DNA of 64,000 nucleotides from Squalus acanthias (lineage: Eukaryota). The notes below the pieces were generated by a model that searched no databases, was not told the DNA's origin, and was given only the letters and a program-made list of their open reading frames with translations. The translations under genes and the position numbers were made by a program. The DNA lies in the NCBI GenBank assembly GCA_030390025.1, contig CM059431.1:102736001-102800000 (forward strand), read 5' to 3'. Every line of letters starts with the position of its first letter. The stretch's first letter is position 1. Positions 63,325-64,000 of this stretch are shown here, piece after piece.

Positions 63325-63885
63325 CACCAACAACAACAGCTTGCATTTATATAAGCACCTTTAAAGTAGCAAAACGTCCCAAGGCGCGTCATCAGACAAA
63401 AATCTGACACCCAGCCGCATGACCAAAAGGTTGGACGAAGAGGTAGGTCTTAAGGAGCGTCTCAAAGGAGGAGAGAGAGGCGGAGAGGTTTAGGGAGGGA
63501 ATTCCAGAGCTCAGGGCCCAGGCAGCCGAAGGCACGGCCGCCAATGGTGGAGCGATGAAAATCAGGGATGCTCAAGAGGCCAGAATTGGAGGAGCGCAGA
63601 GATCCCGGAGAGTTGCAGGGCCGGAGGAGGTTACAGAGATAGGGAGGGGGCGAGGAGGCCATGGAGGGATTTGAACACAAGGATGAGAATTTTAAAATTG
63701 AGGCATTGCCGGACCGGGAGCCAACGCAGGTCAGCGAGCACAGGGGTAATGGGCGATCGGGACTTGGTGCAAGTTAGGATACGGGCAGCAGAGTTTTGGA
63801 GTAGCTTCAGTTTATGGAGGGTGGAAGATGGGAGGCCGGCCAGGACAGCGTTGGAATAGTCAAGTCTAGAGGTAATAGAGGCACG
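63325..63885 (-). mobile_element. L2 3' fragment
   Basis: [14 protein letters not shown]...LQNSAARIL...[14 protein letters not shown] plus a (CAA)n tail on the plus strand. Confidence 0.87.
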
Positions 63886-63894
63886 GATGAGATG

Positions 63895-64000
63895 AAAACA
63901 ACAGATTAACTGGTCAATCATCTGATTTGCTGTTTGTAGGACCTTGCTGCGTGCAACTGACGGCTGTGTTTGCTTTCATAACAACAGCGACTATCCTTTG
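63895..64000 (+). mobile_element. Degraded SINE body (partial)
   Basis: acagattaactggtc...gctgtttgtaggaccttgctg resembles 23435-23525. Confidence 0.55.

Overview
Eukaryotic (vertebrate) genomic DNA. The repeat families present point to a cartilaginous fish, most likely a shark; this is an inference from repeat content only. Roughly half the window is transposon-derived: two near-full-length CR1-type LINEs with SGNH-esterase ORF1s, many CR1 and L2 3' fragments, a second LINE family, Penelope-like elements carrying minimal hammerhead-ribozyme motifs, tRNA-derived SINEs, Harbinger-type MITEs with 3-bp TSDs, a hAT MITE with an 8-bp TSD, and a decayed Harbinger-type Myb/SANT gene. A CpG-rich promoter at about 33.9-35.1 kb appears to drive an unidentified minus-strand host gene (first coding exon ATG TCC CG|gtaagt), whose introns probably cover the left half of the window and contain candidate microexons. 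No prokaryotic features, CRISPR arrays, rRNA or true tRNA genes were found, and no host gene could be named. The best leads are the Harbinger Myb gene plus MITE set, the separately mobilised ribozyme-bearing Penelope termini, the CR1 5'UTR architecture and the microexon chain. None of them is established as novel without database searches.
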